A stretch of DNA of 64,000 nucleotides. It comes from Candidatus Marinacidobacterales bacterium. GTDB lineage: Bacteria > Acidobacteriota > Vicinamibacteria > Marinacidobacterales > SMYC01. The notes beneath the pieces were generated by a model. That model ran no database searches. It worked only from the letters and a program-made list of their open reading frames with translations, and was not told the origin of the DNA. This document shows positions 40,601 to 50,784 of this stretch, piece after piece; positions within the stretch are counted from its first letter, which is position 1, and each line of letters opens with the position of its first letter. The position numbers and the translations under genes were made by a program. The stretch is from contig CBDCYI010000004.1 in NCBI GenBank assembly GCA_965224085.1, forward strand, positions 1,024,001 through 1,088,000, given 5' to 3'.

Positions 40601-41365
40601 CTATACCCGGACATTGTCGATCAACCTCACCTTTCCGAGGCGCACCGCTCCCAGGACGCGGTCGTCCCAGCGCTCGACATAGTCAACTCCGAAGCCGGCC
40701 CGCTCCAGCGCCTCGCGCGTGGCTCCTGGAGCTTTACCACCCGAGAGCACACGATGAAACTCGGGCGCCAGCCGCCGTTCGTCCTCGCTGAGGAGGACGT
40801 TGCGCGAGCTCATCGCCAGGCCGTCTGGCTCGCGCACCACCGGACAGGGCACGATCTCGGTGTCGAGAAAGAACGCCGCCGCCATGTCGCGGACCAGGAC
40901 GTACTGCTGCCAGTCCTTCTCTCCGAAGTAGGCGCGGTCGGGCCGGACGATCGCGAGAAGCTTGAGGACCACAGTTAGGACACCGTCGAAATGGCCGGCA
41001 CGATAGGCGCCCTCGAGCTCGCGGCTGGCGACCGACTCGGTGACCCGAAAGCGGTAGTCGTCGTGGTAGACGGCTTCGCTCGTCGGAAAGACCACGACAT
41101 CGGCGCCGACGCGTTCCACCTTTTGAAGATCGGCCTCGAAGGTCCTCGGGTAGGCTTCGAGGTCGGCGGGGTCGTCGTACTGGGTCGGGTTGACGAAGAT
41201 CGAGACCACTACGCAGTCGTTCTCGGTCCGCGCTCGTTCGATCAGGCTCAGATGTCCGTCGTGGAGCGCACCCATGGTCGGCGCCAATCCGATCGAGCGG
41301 CCCTCCTTGGCAACCTTACGCATCCTCCTGCGCACCTCGGCGATGTCGCGGAACACCTCGGTCAT
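40601..41365 (-). CDS. panC: Pantoate--beta-alanine ligase
   Basis: PTMGALHDGH, SIFVNPTQ, FGEKDWQQ, GLAMSSRN, RLIDN. Confidence 0.95.
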   Translation of the reverse strand: MTEVFRDIAEVRRRMRKVAKEGRSIGLAPTMGALHDGHLSLIERARTENDCVVVSIFVNPTQYDDPADLEAYPRTFEADLQKVERVGADVVVFPTSEAVYHDDYRFRVTESVASRELEGAYRAGHFDGVLTVVLKLLAIVRPDRAYFGEKDWQQYVLVRDMAAAFFLDTEIVPCPVVREPDGLAMSSRNVLLSEDERRLAPEFHRVLSGGKAPGATREALERAGFGVDYVERWDDRVLGAVRLGKVRLIDNVRV

Positions 41366-42150
41366 TTGTAGCTCTCTTGAGAGTTGGGGAAGGATCCCGA
41401 GGTGACGTCTTCGTGGTAGGCCTGGACGGCCTCCCGGATCAGGTTCGACCCATCCATCCACGTGCGGACGAACTTGGGTCGGAAGGCGGTGTTGACACCG
41501 AGGAGATCCTGAAGCACCAGCACCTGGCCGCCAACATCGGGTCCGGCGCCGATGCCGATGGTGGTTATCTCGAGTGCCCTGGTGACCTCGGCAGCGACCG
41601 CCGCCGGGACGGCTTCCAGCACCAGCGCGAAGCTCCCGGCCCGCTCGAGCGCGAGCGCCTGCTCCACCAGCGCGGCGGCCTCCCCCTCATCGCGCGCCTG
41701 GACCTTGAATCCGCCCAACTGATGGACCGACTGTGGGGTCAGACCGAGGTGTCCCATGACCGGAACCCCGGACTCGACGATGTGCCGCACCAGCTCGACA
41801 TTGCCGTTGGCGCCCTCGAGCTTGACCGCGTTGGCGCCGGCGTTCATGAGCTTGCCGACGTTGCTCATGGCGACCTCCAGCCCCTTGCGGTAGGACAGGA
41901 AGGGCATATCCCCGATCAGGAACTTCTTCGGCATCCCCCGACGTACCGCGGCCGTGTGCGCGGCCATGGTGTCGATGTCTACCGGCAGGGTGGTGTCGTG
42001 GCCGTAGACCACCATTGCCAGGCTGTCGCCGACGAGCACGCAGTCGATGTCGGTTTCGGCGATCAGCGCAGCGCTCCAGCTGTCATAGCAGGTAACCATC
42101 GAGATGGGCACGCCTTCCCTCTTCTTGTCGACAAAGCTTTGAACGCTCAT
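41362..42150 (-). CDS. panB: 3-methyl-2-oxobutanoate hydroxymethyltransferase
   Basis: TCYD, LVGDSL, DMPF, VKLEG, GHLGLTPQ, IGIGAG. Confidence 0.96.
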   Translation of the reverse strand: MSVQSFVDKKREGVPISMVTCYDSWSAALIAETDIDCVLVGDSLAMVVYGHDTTLPVDIDTMAAHTAAVRRGMPKKFLIGDMPFLSYRKGLEVAMSNVGKLMNAGANAVKLEGANGNVELVRHIVESGVPVMGHLGLTPQSVHQLGGFKVQARDEGEAAALVEQALALERAGSFALVLEAVPAAVAAEVTRALEITTIGIGAGPDVGGQVLVLQDLLGVNTAFRPKFVRTWMDGSNLIREAVQAYHEDVTSGSFPNSQESYK

Positions 42151-42854
42151 TGTCCCGCCTCCTGCTCGTCGAACGCACCGATGAACGCGCGGTAGACGTC
42201 GTGGTAGGGATCTCCTTCGAGGGCCCGGAGATCGCGTTCGACGGTTCGTCGGTCTCCCCTGGCCAGCGATCCCGTGAGGGCGTCACGGCCGGAAACGGCG
42301 ATGTTGAGCCTCGTCCTCTCCAGGTAGGGCTCGAGCACCTCGCGCGGCAGACCCAGTCGATGCTCGAAATCGTCGAAGGCCTTGGCCCACAGCATGGTGG
42401 TGAAGTTACCCGCGAGAACGCAGAGCGCGTGGTAGAGCGGTTTGAGCTCGGGGTCGATCGACCACGAAGGGTTGCGAAGGGCGGGAAAGACGTCGTGAAA
42501 GCCGAGCCCGCCCTCCTCGACAACAAAGGGCGCGGTCCGGTAGTTCTCGAGGCTGTACAGTTCGGGACCAAAGGTCATCAGCGGATGGAGGCCGTGGGCG
42601 CCCTCGCGCGTCAGGCTTCCCGAAAAGTGCACCGTCGGCCGGTTTCGAAGATCCGGGTGGTCGGCAAGGAACGACGCCAGAGCATCGTCGCTGATCGCCA
42701 AAAGCAGAATATCGGCGACCGCCAAGGCCTCATCGGGCGCCACCGCCTCGCCACGATGCCAGCTGAGAAATGGTTGGGCTTCGAGCTTTAGGTAGCGGGC
42801 CATGTGGGTGGCCAGGCGTCCCCGGCCGATCAGGCCATAGGTGGGCTTTTCCAT
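42147..42854 (-). CDS. Rossmann-like + DUF2520 protein (PanG-like ketopantoate reductase candidate)
   Basis: LIGRGRLA, SDD, HFSGS, LHPLMTF, YHALCVLAGN, ALTGSLARGD. Confidence 0.85.
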   Translation of the reverse strand: MEKPTYGLIGRGRLATHMARYLKLEAQPFLSWHRGEAVAPDEALAVADILLLAISDDALASFLADHPDLRNRPTVHFSGSLTREGAHGLHPLMTFGPELYSLENYRTAPFVVEEGGLGFHDVFPALRNPSWSIDPELKPLYHALCVLAGNFTTMLWAKAFDDFEHRLGLPREVLEPYLERTRLNIAVSGRDALTGSLARGDRRTVERDLRALEGDPYHDVYRAFIGAFDEQEAGQ

Positions 42855-42855
42855 G

Positions 42856-42922
42856 ACGGTACCTGTCCTTTAGATCAAGTCCGTGTTTTCGAACAACGGC
42901 GGGTGTTGTACTCGTCACCGTC
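42856..42922 (-). promoter_or_regulatory. Structured 5' leader of the pan operon (pan-motif-like hairpins)
   Basis: ACGG-ACUUG-AUCUAAAGGA-CAGGU-A-CCGU hairpin encloses the SD; a second GACGGUG/CGCCGUU stem lies upstream. Confidence 0.5.
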
Positions 42923-42975
42923 GCAAGCGATCGATGCGCACCCACGCCTAGGATAGGGGCCCGAGGTGATTGCCG

Positions 42976-43205
42976 TCAAATGGACGTAGAGAGCTTCTCG
43001 AGCGCTGCTCCCAGGCGTTTGACTCCTTCACGAATCACGGGCTCCTCCGGCGAGAACGAGAGTCGGAGATAGCGCAACGCTTCCGCTCCGAAAGCCACAC
43101 CAGGAATCGTGATGAGCCCGGCGCGCTCGACAAGATCGAGCGCGAGCGCCAGACTGTCTCCATTCGGCGCGGCCTCGACAAGCATGTAATAGGCTCCGGG
43201 GAAGA
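42976..43205 (-). pseudogene. Aminotransferase class I/II C-terminal fragment
   Basis: PGAYYML...LITIPGVAFG....YLRLSF....IREGVKRL. Confidence 0.7.
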
Positions 43206-43415
43206 ACACCGGGTCGGCTCGCCCGGCCCGTGCCGCACGTGAGCGTGACGGGATCTCCGACTGTTCGGCCTGCCTAATCGAGCTCGAGCGCGAAGAGGTT
43301 GCTGCAAGCACCGCCGCGTTAATCTCGGCGTGACCAACTCCAGCGTCGAAGAGCAACGGGGGAAGACGGGCCGCAAACGTGGCGGTCGCGACGACCGCCA
43401 GTGGTACAATGCAAT

Positions 43416-43590
43416 ATGTCGAAACAAGCGATCCCATTGCGCCGCGACCCAGTGATCGAGGCGTATAAAATGGATGTGGATCGCACTCTCCTGCGAGAAT
43501 CCCTCAAGCTGACGGTCGAGGAACGGCTTCGTGCCCTCATGAAACTTACCGCGAGCGCAGCTCGAGCTGCGCCGGGCAGGCCGAGATGGC
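43416..43590 (+). CDS. Small protein paired with a nucleotidyltransferase (antitoxin-like; 3' end uncertain)
   Basis: DPVIEAYKMDVDRTLLRESLKLTVEERLRAL; extended -10 TGGTACAAT 5 nt before ATG. Confidence 0.6.
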
Positions 43591-43870
43591 CGAAGCGAAT
43601 CCGACCGAGTTTGAGAGCCTACTGAAGGCTCTCTCGGAAGCCAACGTTCGTTTCATCATTGTTGGCGGCGTCGCTGCGACGATTCACGGCGCGGTTAGAT
43701 TGACGCAGGACCTCGACATCGTTTACGAGCGTACGGCCGAGAACTTCGAACGTCTCGTGGACGTACTACAGTCCCACGGACCCTATTTGCGCGGCGCTCC
43801 TCCTGGTCTTCCGTTCCGTTGGGATGCAGAAACCATCAGCGCCGGACTCAACTTCACGCTCTCGACCGAT
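43586..43870 (+). pseudogene. Nucleotidyltransferase-fold protein, truncated
   Basis: FIIVGGVAATIHGAVRLTQDLDIV; resemblance ends after NFTLST. Confidence 0.7.
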
Positions 43871-44252
43871 CACAGACGGAAGCAGTCGTGCGTTGCGCGC
43901 TATATAGATTCAAACCGTTTCGGTTCTGTTCATCGAGAAGTCACTAATGCCTCCGTGATTTCTTGCGGGGAAGTTCGCACATGACCGCGGCCGCCGAAAT
44001 ATTTCGATAACGTCCAAGAAGTAGGGATGGAGAATCGTCGGCAACCGTGGGCCCGCGGCTCGAATCGAAGTCGTCATCGCATCACGTTGGGACTCGAATC
44101 CTCCGCCACCCCATTCTGGTCATCTGCTACCATGTGCCGATTGGACGGGAGCAGTTGCGGCGCAGCGTTGACGACAACACGGAATGGATGGCCCTGGAGC
44201 GCGGCCGCGCGGTCCTGCCCCGCCAGCTCGCTGCGTGGGGCGGAGACGCCGG

Positions 44253-45260
44253 TTGAAGCCGGTCCACCTCTGCTTCCTCGGATGCGGGTTCATCACCCGC
44301 GTGCACAGTCAGCATCTGCAGAAGATGCGCGCCGACGTCGTCTGTAGCTATGCGAGTCGTGATCCTGCGCGCGCGGCGGACTACCAGCGTCAGTTCAGAG
44401 GCGTGGGGCACTACCGAGGCTACGACGAGGCGCTTCGCGATCCTGCTGTCGATGCCGTGGTGGTGGCGCTGCCGACACGCTATCATCTCGAGGTGACGCA
44501 GCAGGCGCTCGAGATGGGGAAGCACGTCCTCGTGGAAAAGCCTGCGTTTCCAAGTCTTGATGACTATCACGCCGTCGTGGAGGCGCGCGAACGGACCGGT
44601 CGCGTCGTACTCGTGGGCGAAAACGATCATTACAAGCCGCTTTGCGTCGAGCTTCGCCGTCTCCTTGCGACTGGCGTCATCGGAGAGCTCGTATTCGGAC
44701 ACTTCGTCACGATCATGAAAAAGCCCAAGTCGGCCGACGACTGGCGGAACGATGAAGAAATGGCCGGCGGTGATGCCTTCTTCGAAGAGGGAATCCATTG
44801 GCTGCACATTGCTGGAAGTTTGGGGCCCCAAATCCGCACCATTCACGGCTATCGGCCGTCTCCTTCCAAATACGGACCGCTCGGCGGAGACGCGCGGCGC
44901 AAGAGCATGCTGGTCTCCTTCCAATACGACACCGGTGCGGTGGGCGCTCTTTATTATTCGCGGGAGATTCCGTCTCTCCTCCGCGGGTTTCGGCTGTCGA
45001 AGCTCTTCGGCCGCGAAGGCATCATCACGTTTGAGTCGAACGGAGCGTTCATTCTGGCGCGTGGTGGAGGTCTGCCCCGATTCAAGCTCTTGCCCGGCTT
45101 CCGGGATATCCGCGGATACCGTGCCATGTACCGCGATTTCGTCGGCGCTATCCGGAACGGTCAAACGCCGGAGATGAGTCTCGAGCGGGCAATGGACGAC
45201 CACCGCTTGATGGACGCGGTGTCCGCGAGCGCGGATTCCATGGAGCTCGCCTGTACGTGA
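44253..45260 (+). CDS. Gfo/Idh/MocA oxidoreductase
   Basis: FLGCGFI, GKHVLVEKP, GGDAFFEEGIHW. Confidence 0.9.
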   Translation: MKPVHLCFLGCGFITRVHSQHLQKMRADVVCSYASRDPARAADYQRQFRGVGHYRGYDEALRDPAVDAVVVALPTRYHLEVTQQALEMGKHVLVEKPAFPSLDDYHAVVEARERTGRVVLVGENDHYKPLCVELRRLLATGVIGELVFGHFVTIMKKPKSADDWRNDEEMAGGDAFFEEGIHWLHIAGSLGPQIRTIHGYRPSPSKYGPLGGDARRKSMLVSFQYDTGAVGALYYSREIPSLLRGFRLSKLFGREGIITFESNGAFILARGGGLPRFKLLPGFRDIRGYRAMYRDFVGAIRNGQTPEMSLERAMDDHRLMDAVSASADSMELACT

Positions 45261-46774
45261 CCGAGCGCTTCGATATCGTCATCATCGGTAGCGGCACTGG
45301 AGGGGGCACGGTGGCCTACACCCTCGCGGCCACCAGAGCGCGCATTCTGATCGTCGAGCGGGGCGATTTCATTCCCCAGGAAGACGAGAACTGGAGTCCT
45401 CAGGCGGTGTGGGGGGATCTCCGGTATCGAACGACGGAGCGCTGGATCGACCGGCGCGGTCAGGAGTTCGTTCCGTACACGCATTACTGTGTCGGTGGTA
45501 ACTCGAAGTTCTGGGGGGCCGTGCTGTATCGTTTGCGGCGCGAGGATTTCGGCGAGATACGGCATCGGGGCGGCGTTTCACCCGCATGGCCCATTACCTA
45601 CGAGACGATTGCCCCTTACTACGATCGGGCCGAAGAGCTCTATCAGGTCCATGGCCGAGACGGATCCGACCCGACTGAGCCGCCGCGGAAGCCATTCCCG
45701 TACCCACCCGTGGAGCATCAGGGGCGCATCGCCGTCATCGTCGAACGTTTGCGGTCCCTCGGGTTGCATCCGTCGCACCTGCCACTTGGAGTGTTACGCC
45801 CGGGCGAGCCGGACGGCTGCATCCTCTGCAGCACGTGCAACTCGTATCCCTGCAAGATTCGCTCGAAAAGCGACGCCGACGTCTGCTCGGTGACCCCGGC
45901 CATCGCGCACGACAACGTCACACTCTGGACCAACGCCTATACCGAGCGCCTCTTGACCAACGGGAGCGGCGACAAAGTCGTCGCGGCGGAAATCACCCGC
46001 GAAGGACAACGGGTCCGAGTCGAAGCGCCGCTTTTCGTCGTCTCCTGTGGTGCGGTGAACTCTGCCGCTCTACTCTTGCGCTCGAAAAGCGAGGTGCATC
46101 GTGACGGCCTTGCAAACTCGTCAGGTCTCGTCGGGCGCAACTATATGTCCCACGTCGTCACCATGCTCGGCGCCTTCATGCCTCCCAGCCACGACACGAT
46201 GTTTCAGAAGACCGTCGCCATCAACGATTTTTACTTGCGCAGTCCCGATGCCGACTACCCACTCGGACAGCTCCAGTCGCAAGGACGCTCGCACGCCGCC
46301 ATCGCGCGAGCCGCCGGGCCTCCTGGATCCCGCCATGTGCCCACCTGGGCTTACGACGCCTGGTTCGCGCGCGGGGTCGAGTGGCTGGCCATGAGCGAGG
46401 ACTTGCCGAATCCCGACAATCGCGTGAGCCTCACGGCCAACGGCCGCATCCGACTCCAACGGGAGCCGTCGAACGTCGAGGCCCACCACGAGCTCGTCGC
46501 CCTCACCCGACGGTTGCTGCGCAAAGTCGGAGCCTGGTTCGTCATGGCGATCCCAATCGGTGAGTTCAATACCACGCACCAGTGCGGCACCGCGGTCTTC
46601 GGCGCCGATCCGAAAGCGTCGGTGCTCGATCCTTGGTGCCGGTCCCACGACGTCGAGAATTTGTTCGTCGTCGATGCCTCGTTCTTCCCGTCGTCGGCCG
46701 CGGTGAACCCGGCACTCACCATCGCGGCCCAGGCCCTTCGAACGGCCGACCATATCAAGGAAACCTTTTTTTGA
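45257..46774 (+). CDS. GMC-family flavoprotein oxidoreductase
   Basis: IIGSGTGGG, CILCSTCNSYPC, GLVGRNYM, HQCGT, VDASFFPSSAAVNP. Confidence 0.93.
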   Translation: MTERFDIVIIGSGTGGGTVAYTLAATRARILIVERGDFIPQEDENWSPQAVWGDLRYRTTERWIDRRGQEFVPYTHYCVGGNSKFWGAVLYRLRREDFGEIRHRGGVSPAWPITYETIAPYYDRAEELYQVHGRDGSDPTEPPRKPFPYPPVEHQGRIAVIVERLRSLGLHPSHLPLGVLRPGEPDGCILCSTCNSYPCKIRSKSDADVCSVTPAIAHDNVTLWTNAYTERLLTNGSGDKVVAAEITREGQRVRVEAPLFVVSCGAVNSAALLLRSKSEVHRDGLANSSGLVGRNYMSHVVTMLGAFMPPSHDTMFQKTVAINDFYLRSPDADYPLGQLQSQGRSHAAIARAAGPPGSRHVPTWAYDAWFARGVEWLAMSEDLPNPDNRVSLTANGRIRLQREPSNVEAHHELVALTRRLLRKVGAWFVMAIPIGEFNTTHQCGTAVFGADPKASVLDPWCRSHDVENLFVVDASFFPSSAAVNPALTIAAQALRTADHIKETFF

Positions 46775-46790
46775 GATAAGGCAGGAGCGT

Positions 46791-47303
46791 ATGAAAGCAC
46801 GATCGTTGAGCCACACCGCTATCACGGTAAAGGACTTCGACAAGTTCGTTCAGTTTTACGCCGAGACCTTCGGCTGCCGCCTCGTAGGTGTCTCAGACAG
46901 TGACCCGGTCAAGGTGCGCACTTTCTTCGGCGTCGACGCGGAGGGCGCAAAGTGCAAGATCGGTTGGCTGCGTACCCCGGGTGGCGGCATGCTCGAGATC
47001 TTCGAGTTCACCCCACAGCAGCCGGCGCAGGAAGTGGTGTGGAGCCGGGTGGGGATGACGCATATCAGCTTCGACGTGAAAGACTGTTACAAGTGGCACG
47101 ATGACATGGCGAAGAAGGGAGTGGAGATCGTAAGCGAGGTCGAGAAATCGAAGCACGGGCACACTTTCTTCTTCATGAAAGACTGCGACGGGAATTTGAT
47201 CGAGCTCATCGACTTGAAAATCCGCTACCCGCTCCTCAGACACCTGGGCTGGCTCGGAGGCTGGCTCTTTCGACGTGGAATGTACAAGGAGCACTACGGG
47301 TAG
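46791..47303 (+). CDS. VOC/glyoxalase-family protein
   Basis: HTAITV, LEIFEF, HISFDV, DCDGNLIELI. Confidence 0.9.
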   Translation: MKARSLSHTAITVKDFDKFVQFYAETFGCRLVGVSDSDPVKVRTFFGVDAEGAKCKIGWLRTPGGGMLEIFEFTPQQPAQEVVWSRVGMTHISFDVKDCYKWHDDMAKKGVEIVSEVEKSKHGHTFFFMKDCDGNLIELIDLKIRYPLLRHLGWLGGWLFRRGMYKEHYG

Positions 47304-47456
47304 AGTACTTCCGATTTGCCATCGAAACTCCCGCGGAGTTCCAAGCGCACTGCGGCGCATAACCGTCTAACGGACCGAGCTCGTGCATCAGAAATCCGCT
47401 ACGGCATCTTCGCCGCCACACCGTCGATTTCGATGTGCCAATCAGGGACTACCAGC

Positions 47457-48848
47457 TGGTGGTCCGCAAAAACTCGATCCGACGTTGATTCCGCAGTTTA
47501 GACCTGCCAGGATCGGCCGTTTCGCGGCGTCCGTCATCGGGCTCGTCGCCTTTGCTTCCGGAAAGGCCCGTTCTTGCGTTTGCTCTCGAAAATTGTGCCC
47601 GTTGTTCTCGACGCCCTTGCGTTCGCCCGCAATCTCCTCCGTTCACGTAGCGCCCTCGCCGCTGAGAATCTCTTTCTCCGGAAACAGCTCACGTTCTTTG
47701 TTGAGCGCGAGCAGACCCCTCGCCGCACAGATAACGCCACTTGGTTCACGATGGCGAGCCTGACGAGGCTGTTCGACTAGAAGAACACCCTCATCGTGGT
47801 GACGCCCGACACGCTCATCCGCTGGCACCGGAAAGGGGTTCGTCTGTTTTGGCGGTGGAAATCTCGACCCAAAGGACGTCCGCACGTGCCAGAAGAGCTC
47901 AAGAAGCTAATCGTCGAGATGGCGATCTCGAACGGCAGCTGGGGTGAGGAGAGGATCACACATGAACTTCTCGTCAAGCTCGGCATCCGCGTGTCGCCGC
48001 GGTGAGAAAGTACATGCCAAATCGAGATGACGGCGGCTCGCGCCATTCGTCTCAGCGCTGGGCGACATTCGTTCGCAATCACGCGAAGGCGATTGTGGCT
48101 GCGGACTTTCTGACGGTCGTCACAGCCCGGTTCTAATTCCTCTACGTCCTCGTCGTGATGGAAGTCGGTACACGCAAGATTATTCAACTGAACGTGACCA
48201 CGCACCCGACCGCGGAGTGCACCTTGCAGCAGTTCCGAGAAGCGATACCGTACAAGCACGATTATCGCTTCGTGATCGTCGACCGAGATACGAAGTTCTC
48301 CGAAGATCGACGCAAGTCCGTGCGAGCGATGGGCGTCAGGGTGTTGAGGACACCAGCATTCGCGCCGCAAGCAAATTCTTACTGCGAGAGGCTGATCGGC
48401 AGCACGCGCCGCGAATGTTTAGACTTCCTTATCCCGCTCTCGGAAAATCACCTTCGTCGAGTTTTAGCGGAATGGCGTGACTACTACAATCAAGCGAGGC
48501 CGCATTCATCGCTGGGACCCAATGTCCCTGAGCCGGTGGCGAGCGATCTGACGGTCGAACCCGCTTCGCCGAGGCACTCCATTCCTTCGGAATTCCGCAT
48601 CGTCTCCTCACCGATTCTAGGCGCGCTCCACCACGATTACCGCTTGGCACGCGCCGCCTGAGTAGGCGAAGCTCTCAGCGGCCGTCTTCGAGACGTCTGC
48701 ACTCCAGGACCGCTTTCCGCGGTACGACCGCACCATCGCGTTCGCGCCGTCGGCAACACATGCGTCGAGCTCATTTTCGTCGGCGCCAGGCGATCGAAAA
48801 CCTCCTTCCCGGTGCCCGGCCACCGCATGCTTTTTTTTGCGGACGACA
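47457..48848 (+). mobile_element. Decayed IS481-like element (rve integrase pseudogene)
   Basis: Terminal IRs TGGTGGTCCGCAAAAA / TTTTTGCGGACGACA; ALAAENLFLRKQL, IVDRDTKF, PQANSYCERLIGSTRRECLD, RPHSSL; stops at 47778, 48003 and 48134. Confidence 0.8.
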
Positions 48849-48894
48849 GGGCTCGCTTGGTACAGAGCCGATTGTCGTTGTCGAACCGGCAATC

Positions 48895-49250
48895 CGTGAG
48901 CCGGTTCCTTTATATTCTCGTCGCCGTCGTCGCTCTCGTCCTTCTGATTGCTTGCCTCGACATAACCGGGCTGCTCCTCGTGCGCGCCGGCTCGCGTCAG
49001 AAAGAAATCGCTGTCCGCATGGCGTTGGGTTCCGGCCGCTGGTGCATCATGCGACAGCTCCTGGTGGAAGTGGCGTTGATCTCAGGGCTGGGTTTGCTCG
49101 CGAGCGTTCCGGTGGCCGCTTGGTCCGTGAAGCCTTTGAGTACTGTTTATCTTCCGTTCGAGGTTCCCCTGCATGTGGACGCGACGGTGGACGGTCGCGT
49201 GATGGCTTTTGCGTCGGCTTTAAACTGGCCATTAGCATTTTTTTTTGTCG
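48895..49250 (+). pseudogene. ADOP/FtsX permease internal fragment
   Basis: VLLIACLDITGLLLVRAGSRQKEIAVRMALG. Confidence 0.75.
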
Positions 49251-49414
49251 GTCGTCGCACTTGCCGCGAGCTACTTCCCTGCCCACCGTGCCAGCAACGT
49301 CGACCCGGTCTCGGGCCTTCGCTCGGAGTGAGTATAGGGCGAAGTCGCATTTCCTCTTTTGACCGGAAGCGCCACATATTGGTTACAGGTGTACTTATTG
49401 CCACGCTTCGGTTC

Positions 49415-50712
49415 TCAGAACTGAAGGCGCAGGCTCAGCTGGAAGATCCATTCCGTCGCTCGCACCGGAAGGCCAATCGAAGCGCGTGCCGGCCGCTCGC
49501 TGTCGATGCGCATGAGCTCGACGCCGATACGGTGGCTATCGGCGACGCGGACTAGGTAGTCGAAGGTCCACGCGTCTCCGTCTTCGTCGCTCGCGTCCGG
49601 TGCGCGGAAGATGTCGCGGTCGCGCACACGAAATGGCTCGTAGCGTATGGAGAGGCGTTGGCGTCCAAAGGGTGCGGTGAGAAGAACGTACCACGAGCGA
49701 AACGATGCGGTAACCTTGAGCTCGCGCGGTCCACGAAAACCCATATCGGTATCGCCGTCGAGGTATTGGGTGAGTAGCTCCATCTCTCTCGTAGAAACAC
49801 GACGGCGCCGACATTGGCGAAGCGCGTCTTCCATGCATATTGCTTGCCGTCGAAACGGTTCGGAATCCCGCGATTGTCGAAGTAGAGTCCGTTCAGCTGG
49901 AAGAAACGATAGTGCTCCCACGCGAGCGCTCCGTAGTAGCCGGGGCGGTCGTCGATCTCGAAGAGCGGCTCGACCCATGGCGCTTGCTGCTCGAACGCGC
50001 CCCCTGGCTCGAGGGATGGGATGTCCGGTAGCGGCAAGCGATCTCGGTACCCGGTTTGACGATCGTGAAGCGCGAAACCTCGATAGGCCAAGAGGCTTCC
50101 TGTCGGGTCGTTGTTCCAGAAAACGGCGCCCTTGAGCGAAAGCTCGTTTTCGGCACCGACATGGGCCAGAGCGAGCTCGAGTCCCGTCGAGCGTACTTCT
50201 TCGCCAACCCAAGCGTTTATCGCGGAAGGTGTCACCGTATAAAAGGTGGACCAGGCTTCTCCAACATTCTCTAGCGAGATCGGCGGGAAAAAGAGCCCGC
50301 CCTTCACGCGGAGCTCGAGGGGGGGCGCAAAGCTCCAGCGCCAATCAGCGAAGGCCTCGACGAGCCGGATGCGATCCCACCCGTAGCGTCCACCGGGATG
50401 CGCGGGCTCGAGGTCGAGGTTCAATTGCACGTGCGTGACAAGGTTTTCCGTGGGCCTGGTGTCGAAGGCGATGGAAGCTTGCGGGATGCGGAAGAGCGCT
50501 CGACCATCCACGCCGTCGCCTCCGTAGCGCGTTTTACCCAGCTCGGCGTCGAGCCAGCTCGCAGTGCTATCGGCTTGGATGTAGCGAAAGTCCCAAACGG
50601 TGACGAGCTCGATTGCGCGGGTGGTTTGTTCGAAGTAGGCCGGTTCTTCTTGCCCCTCTTGCTCCTGCGCTGCCAGCAGAAGCATCAGAAGAGTCCAAGG
50701 CGAGATCGACAC
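49415..50712 (-). CDS. Putative outer-membrane beta-barrel hypothetical protein (frameshift ~49780)
   Basis: Signal peptide; SWLDAELGKTRYGG, GLFFPPISLEN, PSAINAWVGEEVR. Adding one G joins it to ELLTQYLDG...QLSLRLQF (terminal Phe). Confidence 0.7.
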
Positions 50713-50784
50713 AACCTATACTAACGCTCTCGTTTCTGCATTGTTGTGCTACGCTCGCATCGTTCGAGAGGAAGCCTCCATTAC

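Noticed and set aside
43905-44010. LacI-like operator (AAACCGTTTC) and palindrome CGAAATATTTCG
   Set aside because: No regulator or intact downstream start nearby; lies between junctions and could be chance
47778-48136. Programmed recoding in the integrase
   Set aside because: Three different stop codons (TAG, TGA, TAA) plus frame changes indicate decay
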